A stretch of 64,000 bases of DNA from Acidimicrobiia bacterium (GTDB lineage Bacteria; Actinomycetota; Acidimicrobiia; Acidimicrobiales; Salinilacustritrichaceae), in assembly GCA_046565885.1 (NCBI GenBank), contig JBKHXT010000020.1, positions 5,784-69,783 of the forward strand, given 5' to 3'. A model generated the notes under the pieces. The model was not told the origin of the DNA, did no database searches, and saw nothing but the letters and a program-made list of their open reading frames with translations. This document shows positions 40,095 to 53,113 of the stretch, piece after piece. The position numbers and the translations under genes were made by a program. Position 1 is the stretch's first letter; each line of letters begins with the position of its first letter.

Positions 40095-43000
40095 CGCTGG
40101 ACCTCGTGCGCGAGGAGCGGGTCCCACAGGCGCCGGGCGAGGCGGCCCAGGCGGCTCGGCTCGTCGTCGGCCCAGCCGGGGCCGCGCTCGTGGTCGGTGG
40201 GGGCGATGGCCACGAGCTCGTCGAGGCGCAGCTCGCCGCCGAACGCCAGCCGGTGGCTGCGGTCGGCCGCCTCGCCGTCGAAGCGGTGGTTCGACTCCCA
40301 GTCCCGGGCGGCCGACCGCTCGGGGTGCCGGCGGTACTTGCGGGCGTCGGCCCAGGCGCCGGCGGTCTTGCACGGCAGCGGCAGCGGCTCGCACAGGCCC
40401 CTGGCCCGCAGCGCGACCAGATCGGCGAGCAGGCGGGTGGCCTCGGCGGCTCGGGCGTCGGGTGGTCCGTCGAGGGCGGTGACCTCCACGAGCCGGGCGC
40501 CGCCCTTGTGCTTACCCACCGTCAGCCCCCGCCACGGCGTCTCCGCGTGGGCGGCGGACAGGGCGAGCACCCGCAGCCACGCGGCGAGGCGTTGCTTGGC
40601 GCCGACGCTGCTGAACGACACGGCGCACGTGGCGTCACCTCGGATGCCGGTGACCGTGCCGACCAGCGCCACGCGCCCGCAGCCGGCCACGTCACCGAGG
40701 TCGACGTCGACCTCCAGCGATCCGGTTGCGCCCGTGGCGCCGACGGCGTCGGCGACGGCGTGGATCCGCTCGGCGATCGTCCGGATCGAGCCGATCGTCG
40801 CCTCGCCCATCGCCTGCGGAGGCAGCGCCCCGCCGGCGAGCTCGGCCTCGACGGCGGCGTCGATGGGGTCGCCGGCGACCAGCCGCTCGACGATGCGCTG
40901 GCCGATGCCCCAGCGCTGCAGGTCGTCGAGCTCCACGGGGATGGCGTCGTCGAGCTCGTCGTCGTCCTCCCAGACGTTCAGCCCGAGCCGCTGGCGCAGG
41001 AACTCGCGCACCGGGTGCTGCACGAAGCGGAGGAGGTCGTCGAGCGACACGATCCCGTCGGCGGGCGGCACCGGCTCCAGCGGGCCGGCGAGGAAGGGGG
41101 GCCGGGGCGATCGTGCGGCGGCCGCGGCCCGGGCGCCGGCGAGGTGCACGAGGTCGAAGGCCCACGGGTCGGCGGCGCCGGCGCCGTGGGCGGTCGGGTC
41201 GAAGGGCTGCAGCGGGTGGCGGGTGACCACGGCGGCGCTGGCGTCGCGGCCGTCGGCGGTCACGGCCGTGCGGTCGACGACGTCGAGCAGCTCCGACAGC
41301 GGCACCGCCGGCGGGCGGGGCTCGTTCGTGCGCACGTCGGCGCCGGTCGTCGTCACGATCAGTCGGTCGGTGGCGGCGAGCAGGGCGTCGAGGAGCAGCT
41401 GGCGGTCCTCGGTCCGGGGGTCGCGGTCGCCGACCATCGGGGTGCGGCGCAGCAGGTCGTCGCCGTCGGCCCGCCCGGCGCGCGGGAAGGCGCCGTCGTC
41501 GAGGCCGAGCACGCACACCACCCGGTGGGGGACGGCCCGCATCGGCACGAGCGTGCACATGGTGATGGCGCCGGTGCGGAAGTCGGCCCGGGTGGGCACG
41601 CCCTTCAGCCGGTCGGCGAGCAGCGCCCGCACCTCGGTGAGCGACAGCTCGGCGCCGGCGGTGCGCTCGCCGGTGGTGGCCTCGGCCCGCACCTCCCGCA
41701 GGATCGCCTCGACCTGCAGGCGCTGCCACGAATCCCGGGCCGGGCACGCCATGAGGAGGTCGACCGACTCGGCGAGCAGCGCCACCCACGCCTCGATCGG
41801 GCGGGTCTCGCTGGTGCGGGTGCACACCGTGTCGAGGCGGTCGACGAGCTCGGCGAAGCGGCCGGCGAGGTCGACGTCGCCGCTCTCGACGTCGTCGAGC
41901 GGCAGGCGACCGCCCACGAGCCGGGCGCCGTCGGCGCCCATGGCCACGCCGAGCAACACCCGGTCCAGGCCGGCGCGCCACGTGTTGGCGTCGACGCCGC
42001 CCAGCCACCACCGGGCCCGCCGGTCGGCGTCGAGGCCCCAGCGCACGCCGCTGTCGGCGGTCCAGGTGGCGATGCGGTCGAGGTCGTCGTCGTCGAACCG
42101 GAACCGGGCTCGCACCGGTTCGCGCCCGGCGAAGGCCACCACCTCCGGTGCGGTGAGCCGGCCGTCGACGATGCAGAGCAGCGCGTCGAGGGTGGCGAGC
42201 AGCGGGTTCGTCTGGCGCAGCGAGCGGTCGGCGAGGCGGTACGGCAGGTGGGGCAGGCCCCGGTCGGTCGGTGCCGGCGCCGCCGGGTCGGGGTCGGGCG
42301 CGGTCGCGCCGAAGGTGGCGTGGAGCAGCGGGGCGAACTCGTCGATGTCCGGGCACAGGACGATGACGTCGCGGGGCTCCAGCGTGGGGTCGTCGGCGAG
42401 CGCGTGGCAGATGGCGTCGCGCACGACCTCGACCTGGCGGGCGCGGCCGTGGCAGGCGTGGACCTGCAGCGAGCGGTCATCCCCGTCCAGCACCACCCGC
42501 TCGTCGGGCTGCCCGGGCAGCGGCCGCCCGGGCGGGGCGACGTCGGCCCGCACGTCGGCCTGGACCCGGGCCAGCAGCGTCGCGGGCTCCGGCAGCTCGA
42601 GCGGGTGGTGGGCCACGTCGGCGTTGGCGGCGGCGCTGAGCACCAGCTGCATCTCGCGGGTGTCGGTGGCCCACGTGCGCAGCAGCGGGTTGGTGGGCAC
42701 GTCGACGGTCGGGTCGTCGTGGCGGGGGAGGGGCAGCGCCGGCGTCGGGGTGGCGGCGATGCGGTCCCAGAGGGCGAGCGACGGGTGGAGGGCGAAGAGG
42801 TGGACGTCCCGGCTCGTGGCCAGCGCCCGCAGCACGTCGAGGTAGGTCGCCGGCAGGCGGGTGAGCCCGAACAGCGACAGCCGGGCGGGCACGTCGGGCA
42901 GATGGACGGTGCCGGCCCGCAACCGCTCGCACGCCTCGGCGATGCGCTCCGGCGGGCTCGCCTCGCCGACGCGGTCGCGCAGCGCCCGCCACAGCCGGGG

Positions 43001-43537
43001 CTGCCAGCGGGCGTCGTCGGGGATGTCGTCGTCGGCCCCGCCCTGGATCCAGCCGAGCACCATGTCGGGGCGGTACACGCCGTAGCCGTCGAACAGCTCG
43101 GCGAGGTGCCGGGCGGTGGCGAAGCGCCGGGCCTGGCGCAGCTCGTCGGCGTCGTCGCCGGCGCCCCCGCCGAGGTGGGCGGCGAGCAGCTCGAGCCACG
43201 GCTCGCCGACGTGCTCGTCGATCACGTCGAGCAGCGGCCACACCAGCCGCTCGGGCCGCCACGGGTCCTCCTCCCGGTCGACGCCGGTGGCGACGGCCAG
43301 CACGTCGCCCACGAGCCGGCCGGGGAAGGGGAACTCGACGTTGGCGCACACGCCGTCGGCCCGGCCCGGGGAGGCGCCGACGGTGGCGGCGATGCGGTGG
43401 GTCAGCCAGCGCTCGACGCCCCGGGTCGGCACGGCCACGACCTCGGCGGCGAAGGGGTCGGCCAGCGGCTCGGCCAGCACCCGCACGAGCGCGTCGACGA
43501 GGGCGTCGGCGCGTTCGCTGCGGTGGATCGTGAGCAC
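40091..43537 (-). CDS. recC: Exodeoxyribonuclease V gamma subunit RecC
   Basis: LQVHACHGRARQVEV, CTLVPMRAVP, HPLQPFD; recC-recB-recD order. Confidence 0.95.
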   Translation of the reverse strand: MLTIHRSERADALVDALVRVLAEPLADPFAAEVVAVPTRGVERWLTHRIAATVGASPGRADGVCANVEFPFPGRLVGDVLAVATGVDREEDPWRPERLVWPLLDVIDEHVGEPWLELLAAHLGGGAGDDADELRQARRFATARHLAELFDGYGVYRPDMVLGWIQGGADDDIPDDARWQPRLWRALRDRVGEASPPERIAEACERLRAGTVHLPDVPARLSLFGLTRLPATYLDVLRALATSRDVHLFALHPSLALWDRIAATPTPALPLPRHDDPTVDVPTNPLLRTWATDTREMQLVLSAAANADVAHHPLELPEPATLLARVQADVRADVAPPGRPLPGQPDERVVLDGDDRSLQVHACHGRARQVEVVRDAICHALADDPTLEPRDVIVLCPDIDEFAPLLHATFGATAPDPDPAAPAPTDRGLPHLPYRLADRSLRQTNPLLATLDALLCIVDGRLTAPEVVAFAGREPVRARFRFDDDDLDRIATWTADSGVRWGLDADRRARWWLGGVDANTWRAGLDRVLLGVAMGADGARLVGGRLPLDDVESGDVDLAGRFAELVDRLDTVCTRTSETRPIEAWVALLAESVDLLMACPARDSWQRLQVEAILREVRAEATTGERTAGAELSLTEVRALLADRLKGVPTRADFRTGAITMCTLVPMRAVPHRVVCVLGLDDGAFPRAGRADGDDLLRRTPMVGDRDPRTEDRQLLLDALLAATDRLIVTTTGADVRTNEPRPPAVPLSELLDVVDRTAVTADGRDASAAVVTRHPLQPFDPTAHGAGAADPWAFDLVHLAGARAAAAARSPRPPFLAGPLEPVPPADGIVSLDDLLRFVQHPVREFLRQRLGLNVWEDDDELDDAIPVELDDLQRWGIGQRIVERLVAGDPIDAAVEAELAGGALPPQAMGEATIGSIRTIAERIHAVADAVGATGATGSLEVDVDLGDVAGCGRVALVGTVTGIRGDATCAVSFSSVGAKQRLAAWLRVLALSAAHAETPWRGLTVGKHKGGARLVEVTALDGPPDARAAEATRLLADLVALRARGLCEPLPLPCKTAGAWADARKYRRHPERSAARDWESNHRFDGEAADRSHRLAFGGELRLDELVAIAPTDHERGPGWADDEPSRLGRLARRLWDPLLAHEVQR

Positions 43538-43593
43538 GGCCTCCCTTCGTACCGCATCCCCGTGACGCCGACGCGCTCCACCCGCCGGACGCC

Positions 43594-43773
43594 GCCCGGG
43601 CTGGGTTCGGGCGGTAGGCCCGACGGCTGCCCGGGCGGGGGTGCGGGGCGGGTCAGCCCGGGCTGGGTTCGGGCGGTGGCCCCGAGGGCTGCCCGGGCGG
43701 GGTGCGGGGCGGGTCAGCCCGGGCTGGGTTCGGGCGGTGGGCCCGACGGCAGCCCGGGCGGGGCCGGTGTCAG
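43594..43773. repeat. About 3 x 61-62-bp G-rich palindromic tandem repeat
   Basis: Units start at 43594, 43656 and 43717 with GCCCGGGCTGGGTTCGGGCGGT...GCCCGGGCGGGG. Confidence 0.9.
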
Positions 43774-43777
43774 CCGG

Positions 43778-44578
43778 TCAGGGCCGCTCGCGCAGCAGGG
43801 CCTGCTGGGCCACGGTCGCGGCGAGGTGGCCGTTGGCCGAGCGAATCGACCCCACGGCGAGGCCCCGGCCCCGGCCCGAGGCGATCGGCGTCCACTCCGA
43901 CAGCAGCCAGCCGGAGGCGTCCACCGGGCGGTGGAACCAGATGCTGTGGTCGAGCGACACCGAGATGCGCCGGGCGTCGTCGGCCAGGTGGGCGTGGGGC
44001 TCTCGCACCGCACGCGTGGCGCCGAAGTCGCTCAGGTAGGCGATGGTCTGGAGGTGCAGGTCCGGCTCGTCGGGCAGCGGCGTCCGGACCCGGAACCACG
44101 CCCGCCGGGTGTGGGGCAGGCCGCCCGCCACGGCCTCGACCGGGACGTCGCGGCTCTCGAGCAGCGGGTTGTCGTACCGGCCGGCCGGCAAACCCTCCGG
44201 CCCGGGCACGTCCGGGACCGCGGCCAGCTCGTACTCGGCGCCGGGCTCCTCGCGCTGGAAGTCGCCGGTGAGCACCAGCACGGCCCCGCCCTCCTGGGTC
44301 ACCGTGACCCGACGGGTGGTGAAGCTGGCGCCGTCGCGGGTGCGCTCCACGTGGTGGTGCACCCGCTGGCCGGGCGTGCCGGCGACCACGAACGAGGCGT
44401 GCACGGCGATGGCGTGGCGGTCGGCGTCGACCGTCGTGGTCGCGGCCCGCAGCGCCTGGGCGATGAGCCAGCCGCCGAAGACGTGGCGCTCGTCGGCGGG
44501 GTCGCGACTCGCCAGCTCGTCGGGGCCGGTGGGCTCGAGCGCCAGCCGCTCGGCCATCGTGCGCGGCGTGCCCGCCAT
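43778..44578 (-). CDS. tesB: Acyl-CoA thioesterase II (TesB family)
   Basis: VFGGWLIAQAL, RDGASF, YLSD, SLDHSIWFH. Confidence 0.88.
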   Translation of the reverse strand: MAGTPRTMAERLALEPTGPDELASRDPADERHVFGGWLIAQALRAATTTVDADRHAIAVHASFVVAGTPGQRVHHHVERTRDGASFTTRRVTVTQEGGAVLVLTGDFQREEPGAEYELAAVPDVPGPEGLPAGRYDNPLLESRDVPVEAVAGGLPHTRRAWFRVRTPLPDEPDLHLQTIAYLSDFGATRAVREPHAHLADDARRISVSLDHSIWFHRPVDASGWLLSEWTPIASGRGRGLAVGSIRSANGHLAATVAQQALLRERP

Positions 44579-45603
44579 CAGGCGATGCCGGCGGCGGCGA
44601 GCCCGACCTCGATCGAGTGCTCGACCGAGTCCTCGAACCGGTCCAGGTCGTCGGCGGCGGCGCCCATCTGCCCGGCCTTGTACCGGGTGTAGACGCCGGC
44701 GGCGATGCAGGCCGAGCGCCAGGCGTGGAAGGCCAGCCAGTAGTCGAGGTGCTCGGCGCGCTCGCCGGTGCGCTCCTCGTACCAGGCCACGAGCTGGGCC
44801 CGGTCGGGGAAGCCGTCGGTGGCCGAGGCGGCGTCGGGGCGGGCGCTGCCGGCCGGATCGACCCACCAGCTGAGCAGGTAGGACAGGTCGGCCGCCGGCG
44901 GGCCGAGCGTGCACAGCTCCCAGTCGAGCAGCGCCGCCACGGAGCCGTCGGGCGCGTGGATGACGTTGCCGAGGCGGAAGTCGCCGTGGACGATGCCGGC
45001 CGGGCCTTCCTCAGGCTGGTTGGCCACGAGCCAGCCGTGGAGGTCGGCCATGCGGGGCATCGGCCGGGTGTCGGCGGCCTCCCACTGCCCGTGCCAGCGG
45101 CGCAGCTGTCGGCCGAGGTAGTCGCTGCGCTTGGCGAAGTCGCCGAGGCCGACGGCGTCGGGGTCGACGTCGCGGAGCGCGACGAGCACCTCGACCATCG
45201 ACTCCGCCGCCCGGCGCCGGTGCTCCACAGGGAGCCGTTCGGCGGCCGTGCGGTCGTGCAGCACCGGTCCGTCGACGAAGGCCATCACGTAGAACGGCGC
45301 GCCGGTGACGTCGGGGTCCTCGCACACGCCCACCACCGGCGCCACGGGCACGTCGGTGCCGGCGAGCGCGGTGATGACCCGGTGCTCCCGCAGCACGTCG
45401 TGGGCGCTGGCCAGCAGGTGGCCGACGGGCGGCCGGCGCAGGACGTAGCGGCGGCCGTCGGCGGCGTGGACGATGTAGGTGAGGCACGAGTGGCCGCCCT
45501 GCACCTGGTCGATGCGCAGCTGCTCGACCGGTCCCACGTCGCCGACGTGGTCGAGGAACCAGCGGTGCACGGGCTCCAGCTCGATGCCCACGGGAACGCT
45601 CAT
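44578..45603 (-). CDS. APH-family phosphotransferase (ACAD10/11-like)
   Basis: GGHSCLTY, SAHDVLRE, HGDFRLGN, LDWEL. Confidence 0.92.
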   Translation of the reverse strand: MSVPVGIELEPVHRWFLDHVGDVGPVEQLRIDQVQGGHSCLTYIVHAADGRRYVLRRPPVGHLLASAHDVLREHRVITALAGTDVPVAPVVGVCEDPDVTGAPFYVMAFVDGPVLHDRTAAERLPVEHRRRAAESMVEVLVALRDVDPDAVGLGDFAKRSDYLGRQLRRWHGQWEAADTRPMPRMADLHGWLVANQPEEGPAGIVHGDFRLGNVIHAPDGSVAALLDWELCTLGPPAADLSYLLSWWVDPAGSARPDAASATDGFPDRAQLVAWYEERTGERAEHLDYWLAFHAWRSACIAAGVYTRYKAGQMGAAADDLDRFEDSVEHSIEVGLAAAGIA

Positions 45604-46388
45604 CGGCCCGTGAACCGGGCGGGCCGGCGCTCGAGGAACGAGGCCACGCCCTCCGCATGGTCCTCGGAGCGGAAGCACTCCTGCAGCAGCCGGCCCGTCT
45701 CGGCGGCGTGGGCCTCCACCTCGGCCGCCATCGCCGAGTACACGAGGCGCTTGGTGCGGGCGACGGCGAACGGCGACGCCTCGAGGTAGCGCTCGGCCTC
45801 GGCCCGGGCGGCGCCGAGCAGGTCGTCCGCGGCGACGACCGACGACACGAAGCCGATCCGCAGCGCCTCCTCGGCGTCGATCACCTCGCCGGACAGCAGG
45901 AGCCGCAGCGCCTCGGTGGCGCCGACGATGCGGGGCAGCAGGTAGCTGCCGGCGCCCGTGTCCGGCACGAGGCCCCGCTTCACGAAGATCCAGCCGAGCT
46001 TGGCCCGGTCGCTGGCGATGCGGACGTCGCACTGGGTGGCGAACTCGACCCCCATGCCGACGGCGGCGCCGTCGATGGCGGCGATCACGGGCTTCGGGCA
46101 GCGCACGATCGGCCACGGCACCGACGCCCGCTCGCCGTCGCGGCGCGACCGCGTGCCCCGCTCGTCCTCGGGCGTCTCGTCGAGCTCGGACAGGTCGGTG
46201 CCGGCGCAGAAGGCGCCGCCGGCGCCGGTGACGACCACCACCCGGGCCGCCTCGTCGTCGGCCGCCCGCCAGACGGCGTCGGTGAAGTCGGCCAGCACCG
46301 CGTACGTCATGGCGTTGCGCTTCTCGGGCCGGTCGATCGTGATGGTGGCGACGCCGTCGTCGAGCTCGTAGCGGATGTGGTCGGTCAT
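45600..46388 (-). CDS. Enoyl-CoA hydratase/isomerase
   Basis: DRPEKRNAM, FCAGTDL, GLVPDTGAGS; -10 TACGGT 8 nt before ATG. Confidence 0.92.
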   Translation of the reverse strand: MTDHIRYELDDGVATITIDRPEKRNAMTYAVLADFTDAVWRAADDEAARVVVVTGAGGAFCAGTDLSELDETPEDERGTRSRRDGERASVPWPIVRCPKPVIAAIDGAAVGMGVEFATQCDVRIASDRAKLGWIFVKRGLVPDTGAGSYLLPRIVGATEALRLLLSGEVIDAEEALRIGFVSSVVAADDLLGAARAEAERYLEASPFAVARTKRLVYSAMAAEVEAHAAETGRLLQECFRSEDHAEGVASFLERRPARFTGR

Positions 46389-46453
46389 TGGCAACGACCG
46401 TAGCCAGCCCAACGCTTGCGGGGGGCCGCCCGGGCGGCCCGTAGTCTCCGGGC

Positions 46454-47869
46454 ATGGCGAAGGCACCCGTGCTCACCCCGCAGGCCGAGGACTTCCCCCG
46501 GTGGTACCAGGACGTCCTCAACAAGGCGGAGCTGGCCGACAACGGCCCGGTGCGGGGCACGATGGTCATCCGCCCCTACGGCTACGGCCTGTGGGAGCGC
46601 ATGCAGGCCGAGATGGACCTGCGCATCAAGGCGTGCGGCGCCGAGAACGCCTACTTCCCGCTCTTCATCCCCGAGAGCTACCTCAAGCGCGAGGCCGAGC
46701 ACGTCGAGGGCTTCAGCCCCGAGCTGGCCGTGGTCACCCACGGCGGCGGCAAGGAGCTGGAGGAGCCCGTCGTCGTGCGCCCCACGTCCGAGACCGTCAT
46801 CGGCGAGTACATGGGCAAGTGGGTGCAGAGCTACCGCGACCTGCCCCTGCTGCTGAACGCCTGGGGCAACGTCGTGCGCTGGGAGCTGCGCCCCCGCCTG
46901 TTCCTGCGCACCACCGAGTTCCTCTGGCAGGAGGGCCACACCGCCCACGCCACCCGCGAGGACGCCGCCGCCTACGCCGCGAAGATCCTCGAGGACGCCT
47001 ACCGGGCCTTCATGGTCGACATCCTCGCCATGCCGGTGCTCGTCGGCATCAAGCCCAGCTACGACCGCTTCGCCGGCGCCATCAACACCCTCGCCTGCGA
47101 GGCGATGATGCGCGACGGCAAGGCCCTGCAGATGGGCACCAGCCACGAGCTGGGCCAGAACTTCGCCAAGGCGTTCGACATCCAGTACCTCGACGCCGAG
47201 AGCCAGCAGCGCTACTGCTGGACCACGTCGTGGGGCAGCTCCACCCGCATGGTCGGCGGCCTCATCATGTGCCACGGCGACGACCGGGGCCTGCGGGTGC
47301 CGCCCCGCCTCGCCCACGTCCAGGCCGTGGTGCTGTGCATCCGTGACGAGGACGGCGCCGGCGGCGTGGCCGAGGGCGTCGCCGACGAGCTGGTGCGCGC
47401 CGGCGTGTTGGCCCGCCTCGACGCCCAGGTGGCCACGCCCTTCGGGCGCCGCTCCACCGACTGGGAGCTGAAGGGCGTCCCCGTCCGCATCGAGATCGGG
47501 CCCCGCGACGTCGCCGACGGCCAGGTCGTGCTCGTGCGGCGCGACACCGGCGAGAAGACCCCCGTGCCCCTCACCGAGGTCGTGCCCGCGGTGCAGCGCG
47601 CCCTCGACGAGATCCAGGCGGGCCTGCTCGCGGAGGCCACGACGATGCGCGACGAGCGCACGGTCGACGCGTCGAGCATCGAGGAGGTGCTCGAGGCCGG
47701 CCAGTCCGGCTTCGTGCGGGTGCCGTGGAAGGTCGTCGCCGGCGAGCAGGAGGCGGCGCGCCTGGGCACCAAGGCCATCACCGTGCGCTGCATCCAGCGC
47801 GCCGACGGCTCGGTGCCGGCGGACGAGGACGAGGACGAGCTGTACGCCATCTGCGCCCGCTCGTACTAG
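46454..47869 (+). CDS. proS: Proline-tRNA ligase, archaeal/eukaryote-like type
   Basis: RPTSET, VRWE, FLRTTEFLWQEGHT, GTSHELGQNF, C-terminal ARSY; no INS editing domain. Confidence 0.96.
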   Translation: MAKAPVLTPQAEDFPRWYQDVLNKAELADNGPVRGTMVIRPYGYGLWERMQAEMDLRIKACGAENAYFPLFIPESYLKREAEHVEGFSPELAVVTHGGGKELEEPVVVRPTSETVIGEYMGKWVQSYRDLPLLLNAWGNVVRWELRPRLFLRTTEFLWQEGHTAHATREDAAAYAAKILEDAYRAFMVDILAMPVLVGIKPSYDRFAGAINTLACEAMMRDGKALQMGTSHELGQNFAKAFDIQYLDAESQQRYCWTTSWGSSTRMVGGLIMCHGDDRGLRVPPRLAHVQAVVLCIRDEDGAGGVAEGVADELVRAGVLARLDAQVATPFGRRSTDWELKGVPVRIEIGPRDVADGQVVLVRRDTGEKTPVPLTEVVPAVQRALDEIQAGLLAEATTMRDERTVDASSIEEVLEAGQSGFVRVPWKVVAGEQEAARLGTKAITVRCIQRADGSVPADEDEDELYAICARSY

Positions 47870-47898
47870 AGTCGAGAGCCGAACTCGTTCCGGCTCGG

Positions 47899-47931
47899 AG
47901 CGTGGGCCTCTGGCCCACGCTTCTTTCGTTT
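47899..47931 (+). terminator. Intrinsic terminator/attenuator in the rimP-nusA leader
   Basis: AGCGTGGGCC-TCT-GGCCCACGCT followed by TCTTTCGTTT. Confidence 0.8.
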
Positions 47932-47945
47932 CACAGGAGGTGCGC

Positions 47946-48458
47946 ATGGCCACGACCGACCAGGTCCGCGAGCTCGTCGCGCCCCTGGCCGACGAGGCCG
48001 GCGCCGACGTCTACGACGTCACCTTCACCGGCGGCAAGCTCGTCGTGGCGCTCCAGCGCGACGGCGGCATCGACCTCGAGACCCTCACCGAGGTCTCCCG
48101 GAAGCTGAACGTGCTGCTCGACGAGCAGGACGTGGTGGGCGGGTCGTACACGCTCGAGGTCACCAGCCCCGGCCTCGAGCGCACCCTGCGCACGCCTGAG
48201 CACTTCGCCGGCGCCGTCGGCGTCGAGGTCACCGTGCGCACGAAGCCCGACGTCGAGGGCGAGCGGCGGGTGCGCGGCACCGTGCGCGCCGTCGACGGCG
48301 ACGACGTCACCATCGCCCTCGAGGACGGCGGCGAGCGCACGCTCGACGTCGCCGACATCGAGCGCGCCCGCACCGTCTTCACGTGGGGCGGAGCCGACAA
48401 GCCCGGGTCCAAGGGGTCCGGCAAGCCGAAGCAGACGAACAAGAAGGCACGACCGTGA
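47946..48458 (+). CDS. rimP: Ribosome maturation factor RimP
   Basis: YTLEVTSPGLERTL; RBS AGGAGG. Confidence 0.95.
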   Translation: MATTDQVRELVAPLADEAGADVYDVTFTGGKLVVALQRDGGIDLETLTEVSRKLNVLLDEQDVVGGSYTLEVTSPGLERTLRTPEHFAGAVGVEVTVRTKPDVEGERRVRGTVRAVDGDDVTIALEDGGERTLDVADIERARTVFTWGGADKPGSKGSGKPKQTNKKARP

Positions 48459-49828
48459 GCAACCCCGACATGTTCGAGGCCCTCCAGGCGCTCGCCGCCG
48501 ACAAGGGCATCTCCGTCGACACCCTGATGGCGGCCCTCGCCGACGCCCTGGAGTCCGCCTACAAGCGGATGCCGGGCGCCTACGAGTACGCCTGGGTCAC
48601 CATCGATCCCGGCACCTTCGACATCCGGGTCTACGCCCAGGAGCTCGACGAGGAGGGCGAGCCGGACGGCGACGTCTTCGACGTCACGCCGGAGAACTTC
48701 GGGCGCATCGCCGCCCAGACGGCCCGCCAGGTGATGACCCAGCGCATCCGCGAGGCCGAGCGCGAGCTGAAGTACGAGGAGTACGCCGGCCGCGAGGGCG
48801 ACATCGTCACCGGCATCGTCCAGCAGAACGACAGCCGCTACACGCTGCTCGACCTCGGCCGGGTCGAGGCCCTGCTGCCCCAGGCCGAGCAGGTGCCCCA
48901 CGAGCGGCCCGAGAACAACGCCCGCCTCAAGGCCTACATCGTCGAGGTCCGCAAGACGGCCAAGGGCCCCCAGATCGTCGTGTCCCGCACGCACCCGGGC
49001 CTCATCCTCGAGCTGTTCAAGCTCGAGGTGCCCGAGATCGCCGACGGCATCGTCGAGATCAAGGCGTGCGCCCGCGAGCCAGGCCACCGCACCAAGATGG
49101 CCGTGGCCTCCAACGACTCCAACGTCGACCCGGTCGGCGCCTGCGTCGGTGCCCGCGGCTCGCGCGTGCGCCAGGTCGTCACCGAGCTGCGGGGCGAGAA
49201 GATCGACATCGTCCCCTTCTCCGACGACCCCTACGAGTTCGTCGCCAAGGCGCTGCAGCCGGCGCGGGTCAAGGAGGTCCGGATCGACGACATGACCGGC
49301 ACCGCCATGGTCATCGTCCCTGACCACCAGCTGAGCCTCGCCATCGGCAAGGAGGGCCAGAACGCCCGCCTCGCCGGCCGCCTCACCGGCTACGGCATCG
49401 ACATCAAGTCCGAGACCCAGCTGGCCGAGGCCGAGGCCGCCTACGCCGAGCAGGACTGGGCCGAGGGCGAGTGGGTCGTCGACCCCGAGACCGGCGAGCA
49501 GGTCTGGCAGCCCGCCGAGGGCGGCCCCGCCGTCTCCGCCGCCGAGTACCTCGAGTCCGCCGAGGAGGAGGGGGCCGCCGAGGCCGCCGCCGCCGAGGTC
49601 GACGCCGAGCCCGAGATCGACCAGGCCGACACGCCCGCCGAGGAGGGCCGCGCGCCCGCCGAGGAGGCCGCCGCGGCGGTCCAGGACGAGCCCGAGGCGC
49701 CGGCCGACGAGACGGACGAGGCGCCGGCCGACGAGACGGACGAGGCGCCGGCGGAGGACGCGGCCGAGGCGCCGGCGGAGACCGCCGACGAGGGTGCCGA
49801 CGCCGACGACGAGCCCGAGGCGACCTGA
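48455..49828 (+). CDS. nusA: Transcription factor NusA with acidic tail
   Basis: [39 protein letters not shown]. Confidence 0.97.
   Translation: MSNPDMFEALQALAADKGISVDTLMAALADALESAYKRMPGAYEYAWVTIDPGTFDIRVYAQELDEEGEPDGDVFDVTPENFGRIAAQTARQVMTQRIREAERELKYEEYAGREGDIVTGIVQQNDSRYTLLDLGRVEALLPQAEQVPHERPENNARLKAYIVEVRKTAKGPQIVVSRTHPGLILELFKLEVPEIADGIVEIKACAREPGHRTKMAVASNDSNVDPVGACVGARGSRVRQVVTELRGEKIDIVPFSDDPYEFVAKALQPARVKEVRIDDMTGTAMVIVPDHQLSLAIGKEGQNARLAGRLTGYGIDIKSETQLAEAEAAYAEQDWAEGEWVVDPETGEQVWQPAEGGPAVSAAEYLESAEEEGAAEAAAAEVDAEPEIDQADTPAEEGRAPAEEAAAAVQDEPEAPADETDEAPADETDEAPAEDAAEAPAETADEGADADDEPEAT
49694..49789 (+). repeat. 4 x 24-bp in-frame tandem repeat (EAPADETD-like) in the nusA tail
   Basis: GAGGCGCCGGCCGACGAGACGGAC x2 plus two degenerate copies. 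Confidence 0.8.
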
Positions 49829-50112
49829 CCCAGCCGACCCGGACCTGCATCGGGTGCCGGCGCTCGGCCGGCACCGGTGCGCTGGTCCGCTTCGTGCGGA
49901 CCGGCGAGGGATCCCTCGCGTTCGGGCCTACACTGCCCGGACGGGGCGCGTGGCTGTGCAGGGCGACGCTCTCCCGGTGCGCCGAGCTGGCGCAACGCCG
50001 GAAGGCGTTCGATCGAGCCCTCCGAGGCCCGGTCGACCCCCACACGATCGAGGCCGCGGTGCGAGACGCGGCGGACTCGGTTCGTGAACTGCACCAGGAC
50101 GCGCGAGGATGA
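49825..50112 (+). CDS. ylxR: YlxR/RnpM (DUF448) protein, probable CTG start
   Basis: PTRTCIGCR, GRGAWLC, AFDRAL; nusA-ylxR-infB synteny. Confidence 0.85.
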   Translation: MTQPTRTCIGCRRSAGTGALVRFVRTGEGSLAFGPTLPGRGAWLCRATLSRCAELAQRRKAFDRALRGPVDPHTIEAAVRDAADSVRELHQDARG

Positions 50113-50164
50113 ACGGTCGCGCAAGGAAGCCCCCGACGGACGACGCAAGGCGAAACGAAGACTC

Positions 50165-53112
<2,948 letters not shown>

Positions 53113-53113
<1 letters not shown>

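Noticed and set aside
43594-43773. Possible CRISPR array
   Set aside because: Units are contiguous near-identical copies without unique spacers, and there are no cas genes
36840-44692. Very long plus-strand ORFs (2001 aa and 1546 aa)
   Set aside because: Antisense shadows of recB/recC caused by high GC3; no motifs and low-complexity composition. The same applies to most overlapping ORFs in the track.
47880-47891. CGAAC-TC-GTTCC as a LexA box
   Set aside because: Spacer is 2 nt rather than 4; better explained as an RNA hairpin
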